A DNA stretch of 64,000 nucleotides from Desulfurococcales archaeon (GTDB taxonomy: Archaea; Thermoproteota; Thermoprotei_A; Sulfolobales; Desulfurococcaceae). Positions 8,323 to 17,792 of the stretch are shown here, one piece after another; positions within the stretch are counted from its first letter, which is position 1, and every line of letters starts with the position of its first letter. Where the stretch lies: the NCBI GenBank assembly GCA_027022365.1, contig JALVYU010000007.1:96001-160000 (forward strand), given 5' to 3'. Below the pieces are notes generated by a model that did no database searches, was not told the origin of the DNA, and was given only the letters and a program-made list of their open reading frames with translations. A program made the translations under genes and the position numbers.

Positions 8323-10494
8323 ATGCCTGCAAAGACAATACTTGATTACCTGAAAAAACATGGTGGAAGGCCTCAGGAGCAGATAAAGTCTGTTAAAGAG
8401 AAAGAAGAACACCGAGAAAAACAAGCGTCTCGAGAAAAAATTGTGTCTAGTAGGCGGAAACCTGAATGGAAGATCAAAATCTGGGATTTAAGGGGAAACA
8501 TCTTAGTCATCGCTGAGAAACCTAAGGCTGCAAGCAAAATAGCGTATGCGTTATCATCTAGGTTCATGAGGAATAGATGGAAAGGAATACCTTATTACAC
8601 GATAAGAAGTAATGGAGCCAATATAATTATTGCTAGTGCAGCTGGACACCTATACGGATTATATACGGATAAACGGGGCTACCCGATTTTCCAATATGAG
8701 TGGAAACCATTATACATCATAGACCAGACAGCTAAGCATACGAAGAAATTCATTGAACTACTCGAGAAACTATCGAGAAATGCCGACTACTACGTAAATG
8801 CTTGCGACTATGATATAGAGGGATCGGTGATAGGTTATCTCATCATAAAGTTCATGGGAGACCCGGATAGAGCCTACAGGGTAAAATACTCTAGTCTAAC
8901 ACCAGCCGAGCTAAAACAAGCATTCAGAGAACTCACAGGACTAGACTATGAAATGATAGAAGCAGGTCTTTGCAGACACGAACTCGATTGGATATGGGGG
9001 ATCAATATCAGTAGAGCACTAATGGACGCAGTGAGAAAGACTTCGGGCAAAAGAACAATCCTTAGCGCGGGAAGAGTTCAGACACCAACACTAAAACACG
9101 TTGTAGATCACGAGATCGAGAGAAATCTTTTCATACCCCTCCCGCTCTTCATACCCGATGTAACAATCATCAAGAATGGAGAAAAAATACATCTAGAATA
9201 CATCTCTGGCTCTCTCGAAACAAGGAGAAAGGCAGAAGAGATCATTAAGAGCATAAAGAAAGATGGATACCTAACTGTGACCGAATATACAGAGAAGACT
9301 ATATGTCTTAACCCACCACCAGCATTCAACTTGGGCGACCTACAGGAAGAAGCCGCGAGAATCTACGGTTTCAGCCCATACAAAACCCAGAAAATAGCAG
9401 AAAAACTCTACCTCGACGCGCTTATAAGCTATCCTAGAACTAATAGCCAGAAACTCCCTCCCACACTGAATTATCGGGGAATAATGGAGAAGCTCGCGGG
9501 GATAGACAGGTATGGTTCTTTAATTGATAGACTTCTGAGGGAGACACGAGGAATACTTCAGCCTGTACAGGGCAAAAAGGACGACCCAGCACATCCAGCC
9601 ATTTATCCCACGGGGTTAAAACCGGGTAAGCTGAGCAGCGACGAATGGAAGATCTACGACTTGATAGTCCGTAGATTCCTGGCGGCGTTCGCTGAGAAGG
9701 CATCGTTGATCCAGCAGCAGGCGCGCTTCATGACTCGTGAAGGCTACGAGTTCCGCGTATCGGGGCAGAGGATAGGCAAGCTTGGATGGCTATATTACTA
9801 CTACTTCTCTAAGCCGAAGGAGAAAAGCATACCAGTTTTTATCAAGGGCGAACACGTACCCATTAAAACAGCTAGGCTACGAAGAACATATACCAGACCT
9901 CCCGAGCGGCTCACGAAAATAAAGATACTGAGATGGATGGAGAGAGTCGAAATCGGTACCGAAGCCACTAGGGCGAGAATAATAGAGTTACTGTTCAGAA
10001 GAGGATATCTTGAGGCGAAGGGAGGCAAGGTAAACGCAACAGATCTTGGGCTAGGAATCATAGAGGTATTGACTAAGTATTTCCCACAGATAACCAGTGT
10101 TGAAATGACCAGGTATTTCGAGGCGAAGATGGAGGCTATCAGATACGGTAGGGCTGAACGCGAAGAAGTAGTTGAAGAAGCTCGCCAAACAATAGTTAAG
10201 CTACTACAGGAATTTGACAGGGTCAAGGACAAGATTGGATACCTCTTATCGATAAGACTGGGGTACATTTCTCCGCACAGAAAATGCCTGGTATGTAGTA
10301 GGGAGGAATACCGCTTGGGGCTATGCTATTACCACTACATGGCATTAGAGAAAATAAGAGAAGCATATAATGAGTGGAACAGGAGAGAAGAGACAACGTT
10401 TGAAAAATTCATATCATCAATCAAGAAGCTGAGATCAACGGGTAAATGGATAACAGAGATCGTAGGGAATGATGAAGTTCTAGCCAAGCTATGA
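8323..10494 (+). CDS. topA: DNA topoisomerase type IA
   Basis: AEKP, DYDIEG, SAGRVQTPTL, ISYPRT (catalytic Tyr), AHPAI and IGTEATR motifs. Confidence 0.95.
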   Translation: MPAKTILDYLKKHGGRPQEQIKSVKEKEEHREKQASREKIVSSRRKPEWKIKIWDLRGNILVIAEKPKAASKIAYALSSRFMRNRWKGIPYYTIRSNGANIIIASAAGHLYGLYTDKRGYPIFQYEWKPLYIIDQTAKHTKKFIELLEKLSRNADYYVNACDYDIEGSVIGYLIIKFMGDPDRAYRVKYSSLTPAELKQAFRELTGLDYEMIEAGLCRHELDWIWGINISRALMDAVRKTSGKRTILSAGRVQTPTLKHVVDHEIERNLFIPLPLFIPDVTIIKNGEKIHLEYISGSLETRRKAEEIIKSIKKDGYLTVTEYTEKTICLNPPPAFNLGDLQEEAARIYGFSPYKTQKIAEKLYLDALISYPRTNSQKLPPTLNYRGIMEKLAGIDRYGSLIDRLLRETRGILQPVQGKKDDPAHPAIYPTGLKPGKLSSDEWKIYDLIVRRFLAAFAEKASLIQQQARFMTREGYEFRVSGQRIGKLGWLYYYYFSKPKEKSIPVFIKGEHVPIKTARLRRTYTRPPERLTKIKILRWMERVEIGTEATRARIIELLFRRGYLEAKGGKVNATDLGLGIIEVLTKYFPQITSVEMTRYFEAKMEAIRYGRAEREEVVEEARQTIVKLLQEFDRVKDKIGYLLSIRLGYISPHRKCLVCSREEYRLGLCYYHYMALEKIREAYNEWNRREETTFEKFISSIKKLRSTGKWITEIVGNDEVLAKL

Positions 10495-10983
10495 TCAGAT
10501 AATGTTATGGAACCATATAGACATATATCCAAGGTATGGAATCTTGAATACTGCACCATTTACATCGAAGACTTTCCCAACAACTCTCTGGTATGGTACA
10601 CCGGGACCTGTAAATTCGAAGTAATCCTCAATAGGATTATTGTCGCCTTTCGTAACATAATAATATTCTCCATCGCGTACTACAACCTTTATAACTCTGT
10701 GTATGATGAGCTCCCCATCTATTCCACGATAAATAATAATATCACCAACATGTATGTCTTGGGGCGGACACTTATACGAGAAAACTATGTCACCCATTCG
10801 AAGAACAGGAAACATACTATAACCATCCACGACTGCGATAGGAGCCTGTGATCCCGTTACAACTGCGAGGATAGGTCTGGAGAAAATAGATAGAACAAGC
10901 ACAGCTATTATGATCGCGTCCTTTATTACCTCGGCCCTGATAATCTTGTTTTCACCGCTCTTTTTCTGGGAATTATTTGACAT
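10495..10983 (-). CDS. Signal peptidase I (ER/Sec11 type)
   Basis: GYSMFP, GD, IIHRV, TKGDNN and KIPYLG motifs. Confidence 0.9.
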   Translation of the reverse strand: MSNNSQKKSGENKIIRAEVIKDAIIIAVLVLSIFSRPILAVVTGSQAPIAVVDGYSMFPVLRMGDIVFSYKCPPQDIHVGDIIIYRGIDGELIIHRVIKVVVRDGEYYYVTKGDNNPIEDYFEFTGPGVPYQRVVGKVFDVNGAVFKIPYLGYMSIWFHNII

Positions 10984-11001
10984 GGTTTCGCCTTCGCATA
11001 T

Positions 11002-11307
11002 CTAGTCGAGATCATCTATATCGATCACTATTTCTTTAACTCTCCTTTCTTCATGTTCTCCCTCACCGCCTAGAACTTTTTTACCCTTAGTACCTTCGAC
11101 TTCGATGCTTGTGCCACCGACCTTTAATTTGCTAACAACCCCTCTCCACTTGTAGCCGCAATCTTTGCATTGAAGAGAGCCCATAACCGTAATCGTTATG
11201 CGTCCTTTCTTATCCGGTAGTGGTGCTACTAATTGCCATGTCTTGATTACTTCTATATTCCTAGAGCCGCACCGTGGGCATTTGAGTTCTTTCTTTTTTC
11301 TCGGCAT
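11002..11307 (-). CDS. Zn-ribbon, Cren7-like small protein
   Basis: CPRCG...CKDCG flanking 'KTWQLVAP...ITVMG'; acidic tail. Confidence 0.6.
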   Translation of the reverse strand: MPRKKKELKCPRCGSRNIEVIKTWQLVAPLPDKKGRITITVMGSLQCKDCGYKWRGVVSKLKVGGTSIEVEGTKGKKVLGGEGEHEERRVKEIVIDIDDLD

Positions 11308-11324
11308 CTATCAACCCCTCATTG

Positions 11325-11666
11325 TCAACATATAAGCGGGGTTATTATCGTGATTATCAATAGTGACGCGGGAACTATAAATGTATCATATCTCTTCAAA
11401 TCGCTTAGCACGGCTTTAGCTATGTAATAGGAATCGATAATCAGAACAATAAGCAGAATGAATATGCCGATTAATGTGTTGATTATTCCTGCTCTCACGA
11501 TAAGGGTAATGTCAAGGAGAGAAAGAATAATGGTGCAGAAGAGAAGGAACAACCAGTGTCGTTTAATCCTATATGATACGCAGGCATAGTACACAGAAAG
11601 GATAACGAGTCCTATTATCGCCCAAAAACTGATCCAAGCATACATGTTATTATCATCTCTACCCAT
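11325..11666 (-). CDS. Hypothetical membrane protein
   Basis: Four hydrophobic segments. Confidence 0.5.
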   Translation of the reverse strand: MGRDDNNMYAWISFWAIIGLVILSVYYACVSYRIKRHWLFLLFCTIILSLLDITLIVRAGIINTLIGIFILLIVLIIDSYYIAKAVLSDLKRYDTFIVPASLLIITIITPLIC

Positions 11667-11691
11667 ACTTTTGTATCTAGGTGTATGGGAT

Positions 11692-13011
11692 ATGACGTAC
11701 TATAGCTTTACCGCGGTTCCCGATGAGATATTCAAGATAAAAACAGTTCGCGCCAGAATGGTTCTCGATTCTAGAGGAAACCCAACAGTACAGGTAATGG
11801 TGATAACGGAGGCCGGCGGGGTAGGCATAGCTAACGCACCTAGTGGCGCCTCAACGGGAAAACATGAGGCAGTAGAGCTGCGTGACGGTGGAAAAGAATG
11901 GCATGGTAAAGGTGTGAGCAAAGCTGTCGAGAACGTCAACACCGTCATAGCTGAAGCCCTTAAAGGGATGGATGTACGTAATCAGAGAGAAATCGATATG
12001 AAAATGATCGAGATAGACGGCACACCCAATAAGAGTAGGTTAGGGGGAAACGCTATTGTAGCGACGAGTCTAGCAGTAGCAAAAGCGGCTGCTGCGACCC
12101 TTGAAATACCGCTCTATCTCTACCTCGGCGGTAAATATGCTGACACCCTTCCTGTCCCAATGCTCAATATCATTAATGGAGGTGCGCATGCCGGCAATAA
12201 ATTGGACTTTCAGGAGTTCATGATAGTCCCTGTAGGTTTCAAGAAATTCAGAGACGCGATCAGAGCAGCTGTCGAGACTTACCATGAGCTGAAAAAACTG
12301 CTTAAACAAAAATATGGGCCCAGCGCAGTCAATGTCGGTGATGAAGGAGGCTATGCTCCACCCATGGAGACGATTAGAGAAGCCCTTGACGCCTTAGTTG
12401 AAGCGATAAAGGCGGCTGGCTATGAGCCTGGAAAAGACATAGCGCTAGCGATTGATGCTGCCAGTAGCCAGTTCTATGACGAGAAGCGCGACGTATACCT
12501 TGTTGAGGGCAAGGCGTACAAGAGAGATGATATGATCAGGCTATACAAGGAACTAGTAGAAGAATACCCGATAGTGAGCATAGAAGATCCCCTGTATGAG
12601 GAAGACTTTGAAGGATTTGCGGAAATAACGAAAGCGCTGGGCAACAAGGTATTGATCGTTGGAGACGACATTTATACCACAAACCCAGAGAGATTCAGAA
12701 AAGGCATCGAGACGGGCTCATCAAACGCTATACTTGTAAAGGTAAACCAGATCGGTACATTGACCGAGACCCTAGAAGTAATAAAGATGGCCCACCGTAA
12801 AGGACTAAGAACAATAATCAGTCACAGAAGCGGAGAAACCGAAGATACAACTATCGCGGACATTGCTGTAGGCTTTAACGCTGGATTGATCAAGACCGGC
12901 GCTCCTGCTAGGGGAGAGAGAACCGCCAAGTATAATAGATTGCTCGAAATAGAGCTAGAGCTTGAATCACCGTATTATCCGGGAATAGAGATGTTCTTGA
13001 GGAGATTCTAG
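11692..13011 (+). CDS. eno: Enolase
   Basis: DSRGNPTV, PSGASTG, GDEGG, SHRSGET and KYNRLL motifs. ATG 11692 follows SD AGGTG. Confidence 0.97.
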   Translation: MTYYSFTAVPDEIFKIKTVRARMVLDSRGNPTVQVMVITEAGGVGIANAPSGASTGKHEAVELRDGGKEWHGKGVSKAVENVNTVIAEALKGMDVRNQREIDMKMIEIDGTPNKSRLGGNAIVATSLAVAKAAAATLEIPLYLYLGGKYADTLPVPMLNIINGGAHAGNKLDFQEFMIVPVGFKKFRDAIRAAVETYHELKKLLKQKYGPSAVNVGDEGGYAPPMETIREALDALVEAIKAAGYEPGKDIALAIDAASSQFYDEKRDVYLVEGKAYKRDDMIRLYKELVEEYPIVSIEDPLYEEDFEGFAEITKALGNKVLIVGDDIYTTNPERFRKGIETGSSNAILVKVNQIGTLTETLEVIKMAHRKGLRTIISHRSGETEDTTIADIAVGFNAGLIKTGAPARGERTAKYNRLLEIELELESPYYPGIEMFLRRF

Positions 13012-13083
13012 ATTATTTCATCGAAAAACTTTTTTATAACAAACCATCCGGTATAAGCCACTGGTTTCTTAAAACACACCAGG

Positions 13084-13347
13084 TTATGGTAGTATTATGC
13101 CTATCACTATTAGTGCAATAGCGCTCAGCACTACAACTTTTAGAAACTGCGAAATAGTCATATTAGGCAACTCCCTAACGAGACGCACTAGTACATATAT
13201 ACCGAACCCGACACCCATTACAAGCAGTATTCCTATACCAATAAGTATCAGCGCCGTTCCAATTCCCTGCAATGATGCACCACCAAATATACCGGATAAC
13301 GCCTTCGCAGCACTAGCCAGAGCCTCTAACCCCATGCTAATCACCAT
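13084..13347 (-). CDS. Small hypothetical membrane protein
   Basis: Two TM helices. Confidence 0.6.
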   Translation of the reverse strand: MVISMGLEALASAAKALSGIFGGASLQGIGTALILIGIGILLVMGVGFGIYVLVRLVRELPNMTISQFLKVVVLSAIALIVIGIILP

Positions 13348-13400
13348 CTATTTAATCAAACTTGGATAACTAGATAAACCCCAAGACCCATAGCACACGA

Positions 13401-13476
13401 ATGATGATGAGGGTTAAAAGCGTGGTAGCCCCGTGATCTTTTGTAGGCGGGGCAATGCCAGGTGCCAGGCTTCTGA
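13401..13476 (+). ncRNA. Atypical box C/D sRNA upstream of cdvA
   Basis: C ATGATGA, element GGGTTAAAAGC, GCCCCG/CGGGGC hairpin (13428-13453), D CTGA 13473-13476. Confidence 0.65.
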
Positions 13477-13549
13477 TTTGTCCATTATTTTTTAAGCTTT
13501 CCTTGAACCCATAGACTCTTGGAAACTCATTTGATGGAGGGGTTCCCGG

Positions 13550-14239
13550 GTGTCAGATCTGAAGGTCGAGAATATAGAAAAATACCTTGGCAAACCAGTA
13601 AACGATCCTTACGGTAGAAGACTAGGTCACATAGTCAGCTTCTATAGCGATGCTGATGGGAATGTGACGCACCTAGAGGTAAGCCTTGGAGAGATAGAGT
13701 TTAAACAGATCCCTATAGACAGATTCGTTTTCAAGGATGGCGAGGCGATCCTGGTACCTGAGTGGGAGTATGAAGCCAAAGTTGTTGAAGGAAGACTCGA
13801 GAGGCTAAGGAAGAGGAAGATCGCACTAGAAGACCTATATGCTAAGAAGGAGATACCCCGCCACGCCTACGATACCTTCAAGAAGAAGCTGGAAGAGTCT
13901 CTAATGAAGGCTAAGGATGAGGCCAAGAAGGTAAAGGAACTACTAAAGAAGAGACAGTATGAGCTCGAAGACATTATCCTAGAGCTAGAGAAGGCAATGA
14001 CCAGCCTCAAGGTCAGTTACATGGCTGGGGAGATACCGGATAAGGCATACAAGACAGCAGCAGATCAAGTTAGGAAGCATCTGGACCATACACAGCTAGA
14101 GAAGGAAAGCGTGAAGAAGCACCTAGAGAAGATCGAGGCATTAGAGAAGGAGCCAATAGATATTGGGCCAGTCAACAAGAACGAGGAGCAGGTACCATCA
14201 TCGGAGCAGCCTCTACCAGTAGTAGTGCTGGAAGGATAA
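13550..14239 (+). CDS. cdvA: Cell division protein CdvA
   Basis: PRC-barrel N-terminus (DPYGR), coiled coil, C-terminal 'PLPVVV' ESCRT-III-binding strand. Confidence 0.93.
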   Translation: MSDLKVENIEKYLGKPVNDPYGRRLGHIVSFYSDADGNVTHLEVSLGEIEFKQIPIDRFVFKDGEAILVPEWEYEAKVVEGRLERLRKRKIALEDLYAKKEIPRHAYDTFKKKLEESLMKAKDEAKKVKELLKKRQYELEDIILELEKAMTSLKVSYMAGEIPDKAYKTAADQVRKHLDHTQLEKESVKKHLEKIEALEKEPIDIGPVNKNEEQVPSSEQPLPVVVLEG

Positions 14240-14331
14240 GGTATTTTCCAGGTAGTACCTTGTCAGGTGCTTAAAAACATGTTTTTGAACCACAAGATAA
14301 ACGGGTTCAATAACACGAGGGGTGCAATATA

Positions 14332-15135
14332 GTGAGCCTAGCAATACGGAATGTCAGGGGTTTATTCTCGCGGATATTTGGGTTCAGAGGCAGTAGCGAT
14401 CCTGTAAGGAAAACAATAGCGGAGGCCATTGCACAGATAGACAGGATGCTCCTCGATATAGAGGGTACGATCAATAATCTCAAGGAAATGCAGGAAGAAC
14501 ACAGTAGAAAAGCCGAAATGTTTGCAAGACAAGGCAAGAATGAATATGAGAAAATATTCCTGGACGAGCTTACTCACATAAGTAAGCTTCTCTCAATATT
14601 CGATCTTGTAAGAATAGATCTTGTTCGTGTGAAAGTCAGGCTTAAGACTCTAACCCATGTAGAAGAGCCTCTAAAGCATTTACCCGAAATAATTCAAGAG
14701 CTCGAGATGATAAAGCCAAAGATTGAGAAGATAGCGCCTGATCTAGCGATGGCCGTGATGGAGATTGAGAGAAAGGTATCCAGTATAATGACAAGCACTA
14801 ATCTCACAAATTCTCCATTACCCGGAATCCATAGCTCGTCCCCAATCAACTCTGCGATGAAGGAAGCGGAGCCGGTGAAGAAAACGCTGCCTCCCCTACC
14901 ACCGGAGGGGGAGCCCATAGGAGCAGCTCAACTAGTCATAGCCCCCAAAAGGGCATCAATGAATGCGAGAGCCTCAATAGATCTCATTAAGACATGGCTT
15001 ATCGAAGAGATAAAGTCAACTGGTGGTGTACTAGATATATCTTCGTTCTGTAAGAAGTATGGTGTCACAAGAAGCCAGGTCTTCATGGCTCTACAGATGC
15101 TTGAGAGAGAAGGTAAAATAAAGCTTTCCAGGTGA
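14332..15135 (+). CDS. cdvB: ESCRT-III cell division protein CdvB
   Basis: Snf7-like helices, Pro-rich MIM2-like 'LPPLPP', C-terminal winged helix; lies between cdvA and cdvC. Confidence 0.88.
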   Translation: MSLAIRNVRGLFSRIFGFRGSSDPVRKTIAEAIAQIDRMLLDIEGTINNLKEMQEEHSRKAEMFARQGKNEYEKIFLDELTHISKLLSIFDLVRIDLVRVKVRLKTLTHVEEPLKHLPEIIQELEMIKPKIEKIAPDLAMAVMEIERKVSSIMTSTNLTNSPLPGIHSSSPINSAMKEAEPVKKTLPPLPPEGEPIGAAQLVIAPKRASMNARASIDLIKTWLIEEIKSTGGVLDISSFCKKYGVTRSQVFMALQMLEREGKIKLSR

Positions 15136-15191
15136 GATTTTACCCAATAGTTTTCTCGCCTTAACAATCATCTAATGAGGTAGATGATAGT

Positions 15192-16334
15192 ATGCCTTCA
15201 CAGTATCTAATAGAAAAAGGAACCGAATATGCTCATTTGGCTGTGGAAGCTGATAGGAAGGGTGATTATGAAAAAGCGATCAAGTACTATAAGGCAGCTA
15301 TTGAAATGTTTGTGAGATTCCTTAGACTATATCCTGATAGTTCTATGGCGGACTTCTACGCAGCCCTTGTTAAAAAGTATAGGTTAAGGATCAGGAAACT
15401 GGAGCAACATATACAAAAAGTTAGTGTGGGAGGGAGGTCAAGGGAGAAAGAAAATGCTGACGATATAGAGGTGATTTATCCGAATCAAAGAAACCCGATT
15501 AGGTTCAATGATGTCGTGGATCTTGAGCATGTGAAGCTTGCTCTGAAACGCGCAGTGATAATACCGACTCTTCATCCCGAATTATTTCCTCTGGGTTGGC
15601 CCAAGGGAATACTGTTGTTCGGTCCGCCGGGCTGCGGAAAGACACTTATTGCGTATGCTCTTGCAAACGAGATCAATGCTGCGCTGATAGATGTTAGCCC
15701 GGCGACTATAATGTCGAAATGGCTTGGTGAGGCCGAGAAGAACGTGAAGAGAGTGTTTGATAAAGCCCGCCGGATAGCGTCGGAGGGGACGCCTGTATTG
15801 ATTTTTATTGATGAGGTTGATGGCCTTCTGCAGCAGTATAGTGATGAGGTCGGTGGTGAAAAGCGTGTGCGTAACCAGTTTCTAATGGAGATGGATGGGC
15901 TTAAGGAGAAGCAAAACAACCGTGTACCAGTATTCGTTATTGGGACAACCAACAAGCCATGGCAACTCGACATCGGATTTATCCGGAGATTCGCGAAAAG
16001 AATCTATGTCCCGCCACCAAATAAGGAGGTTAGGAAACAGTTGTTCCAGCACTACATAACTAAACTTGCAGCAGTATATGAGGTAGCTGATATTGATCTC
16101 GATAAACTAGCTGAGCTAACAGAGGGATATAGTAGCGCCGATATTGAGACAATAGTTAAAGAAGTACAGTTCAATATAGCCCAGGAACACTTCGAGAAAA
16201 ACAATGGAATAGGGAAACCACGCCCCATTACACTTGATGACTTCATAAAGGTGATCAAAGCCCATAAGCCGAGCATAAGTCCGGAGATGCTCAAAGCATA
16301 CGAGTTATGGAACGATAAGCACGGGACAACATGA
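15192..16334 (+). CDS. cdvC: Vps4-like AAA ATPase CdvC
   Basis: MIT domain, GPPGCGKT, FIDEVD and SKWLGEAEK motifs. Confidence 0.93.
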   Translation: MPSQYLIEKGTEYAHLAVEADRKGDYEKAIKYYKAAIEMFVRFLRLYPDSSMADFYAALVKKYRLRIRKLEQHIQKVSVGGRSREKENADDIEVIYPNQRNPIRFNDVVDLEHVKLALKRAVIIPTLHPELFPLGWPKGILLFGPPGCGKTLIAYALANEINAALIDVSPATIMSKWLGEAEKNVKRVFDKARRIASEGTPVLIFIDEVDGLLQQYSDEVGGEKRVRNQFLMEMDGLKEKQNNRVPVFVIGTTNKPWQLDIGFIRRFAKRIYVPPPNKEVRKQLFQHYITKLAAVYEVADIDLDKLAELTEGYSSADIETIVKEVQFNIAQEHFEKNNGIGKPRPITLDDFIKVIKAHKPSISPEMLKAYELWNDKHGTT

Positions 16335-16350
16335 GAACGAGGCTATAAAC

Positions 16351-16460
16351 CCGGGAGCCCCGATGATTATCTTGGGGCCCCGGCCCCGATGCAGAGAGTC
16401 ATGCCAGAACGAACCACGGATGTGTTTACCCCCTGGGGTAGCTTGAGGGTCCGGGGCCCC
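16351..16460 (+). ncRNA. GC-rich structured RNA candidate (C/D-like core in a long terminal stem)
   Basis: Perfect 10-bp inverted repeat 16374-16383/16451-16460, degenerate C/D-like boxes, rRNA-antisense-like tract. Confidence 0.45.
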
Positions 16461-16571
16461 TCCATCAGCTTCATCCTATCCTCTTACATCATTTCTTCCG
16501 TCATGATACCAATACCTAAAAATCCGTAGATAGATATTGTTAATTAGCTTGGTAAGTAATTTGGTGAAAAC

Positions 16572-17366
16572 ATGCTCATACAGAGACCTATTAGGAGTAT
16601 TAGCCTAGATAGAATCATTATACATGAGTATTATAACCCATATGAGGAGCCTACCCCAAAGTACCTTGTCCTAGGCCTGCCGGACGCCGGCTTGGTGGGA
16701 GCTATTGCCAGTAGATACTTAGTGACTAGCAAGAACATGAAACTCGTCGGAGAGATAGATTCTCCGACGCTATTCCCGCCTGTTACGGTGGTGCACAAAC
16801 ACACGCCTATGAGCCCAATACAGCTATACATGAGCGATGACAGAAAAATATTGGTACTGGTCAGCGAAGCCCCCATACCAGCGCCAGCAATATATCCACT
16901 CTCGTACGCTATAATAGAGTATGCCCGGGAAATAGGTATACAATACATTCTCAGTCTATCAGGAATAGCTGTGCCAAACAGACTACAAATAGCTAAGCCT
17001 AAACTCTACTACTTAGCGAGCAATGACAAGTTGGCCGAGGAAGCGGAAAAACTAGGATTCAACAGGCTGGAAGAAGGCTTCATCGCAGGACCCTACGCAG
17101 TCATAATGAAGGAGTCGAGGAGAAGAAATATCAACAATCTCGCAATATTTTCTGAGAGCTTCTTTGACCTACCGGATCCGGAGGCAGCGGCAACAGCATT
17201 AACAGGGTTATCAAAATTCATAGGGATAGAGATCAATGTTGATAAACTACTCGAAGAAGCAGAGCTCCTAAAACTACAGACCAGAGAGCTCATGAGACAA
17301 ACCAAGAAGGCTATGACGGAGATGCAGAAACACTACGAAAAACAGATGCCCCTCATGTATCAATAG
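16572..17366 (+). CDS. PAC2-family proteasome assembly chaperone
   Basis: GLPDAGLVGAIA and PDPEAAA motifs; C-terminal HbYX 'MYQ'. Confidence 0.88.
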   Translation: MLIQRPIRSISLDRIIIHEYYNPYEEPTPKYLVLGLPDAGLVGAIASRYLVTSKNMKLVGEIDSPTLFPPVTVVHKHTPMSPIQLYMSDDRKILVLVSEAPIPAPAIYPLSYAIIEYAREIGIQYILSLSGIAVPNRLQIAKPKLYYLASNDKLAEEAEKLGFNRLEEGFIAGPYAVIMKESRRRNINNLAIFSESFFDLPDPEAAATALTGLSKFIGIEINVDKLLEEAELLKLQTRELMRQTKKAMTEMQKHYEKQMPLMYQ

Positions 17367-17368
17367 GG

Positions 17369-17785
17369 GTGAGAAACATGAGCTTCGAAGAATTCTTCGA
17401 AAAAATTAGGAGGCGGATGAAGGAAATATTTGAGGAAATGGAAGAGGAGCTATCATCAACAAGGACGATGTGGAGCCCCGACGGAGTACTAGAACCGCTT
17501 GTATCTTTCACTGCTTATCCCGAACACTACGAGTTAGTTGTGGACTTGCCATATGGTGATCTAAATGCCCTATCAGTAGAGGTTAGAGATGGCTTGTTGA
17601 CTCTAAGATGCCAGCTTAAGCGTGAAATACGTTTTGAGAAATGGGGTGTCTTCAGAGAAATAAAATTTAGGAGATACGAGACGTGCGTTAGACTACCACC
17701 AGACGCTGATCCTTCTGGTCTACGTGTTGAGCGTGATCATACGAGGAACATTATAAGGATAATCATACCCCGCGTAAGAAAGTGA
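17369..17785 (+). CDS. Small heat shock protein Hsp20
   Basis: EPLV..., VDLP and VRLP alpha-crystallin motifs. Confidence 0.8.
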   Translation: MRNMSFEEFFEKIRRRMKEIFEEMEEELSSTRTMWSPDGVLEPLVSFTAYPEHYELVVDLPYGDLNALSVEVRDGLLTLRCQLKREIRFEKWGVFREIKFRRYETCVRLPPDADPSGLRVERDHTRNIIRIIIPRVRK

Positions 17786-17792
17786 ATGTTTT

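Noticed and set aside
13550-16334. cdvABC as a novel system
   Set aside because: This is the established crenarchaeal division operon in its standard order.
16351-16460. GC-rich island as RNase P RNA, SRP RNA or tRNA
   Set aside because: Too short, and lacks P4, SRP helix-8 and T-loop signatures.
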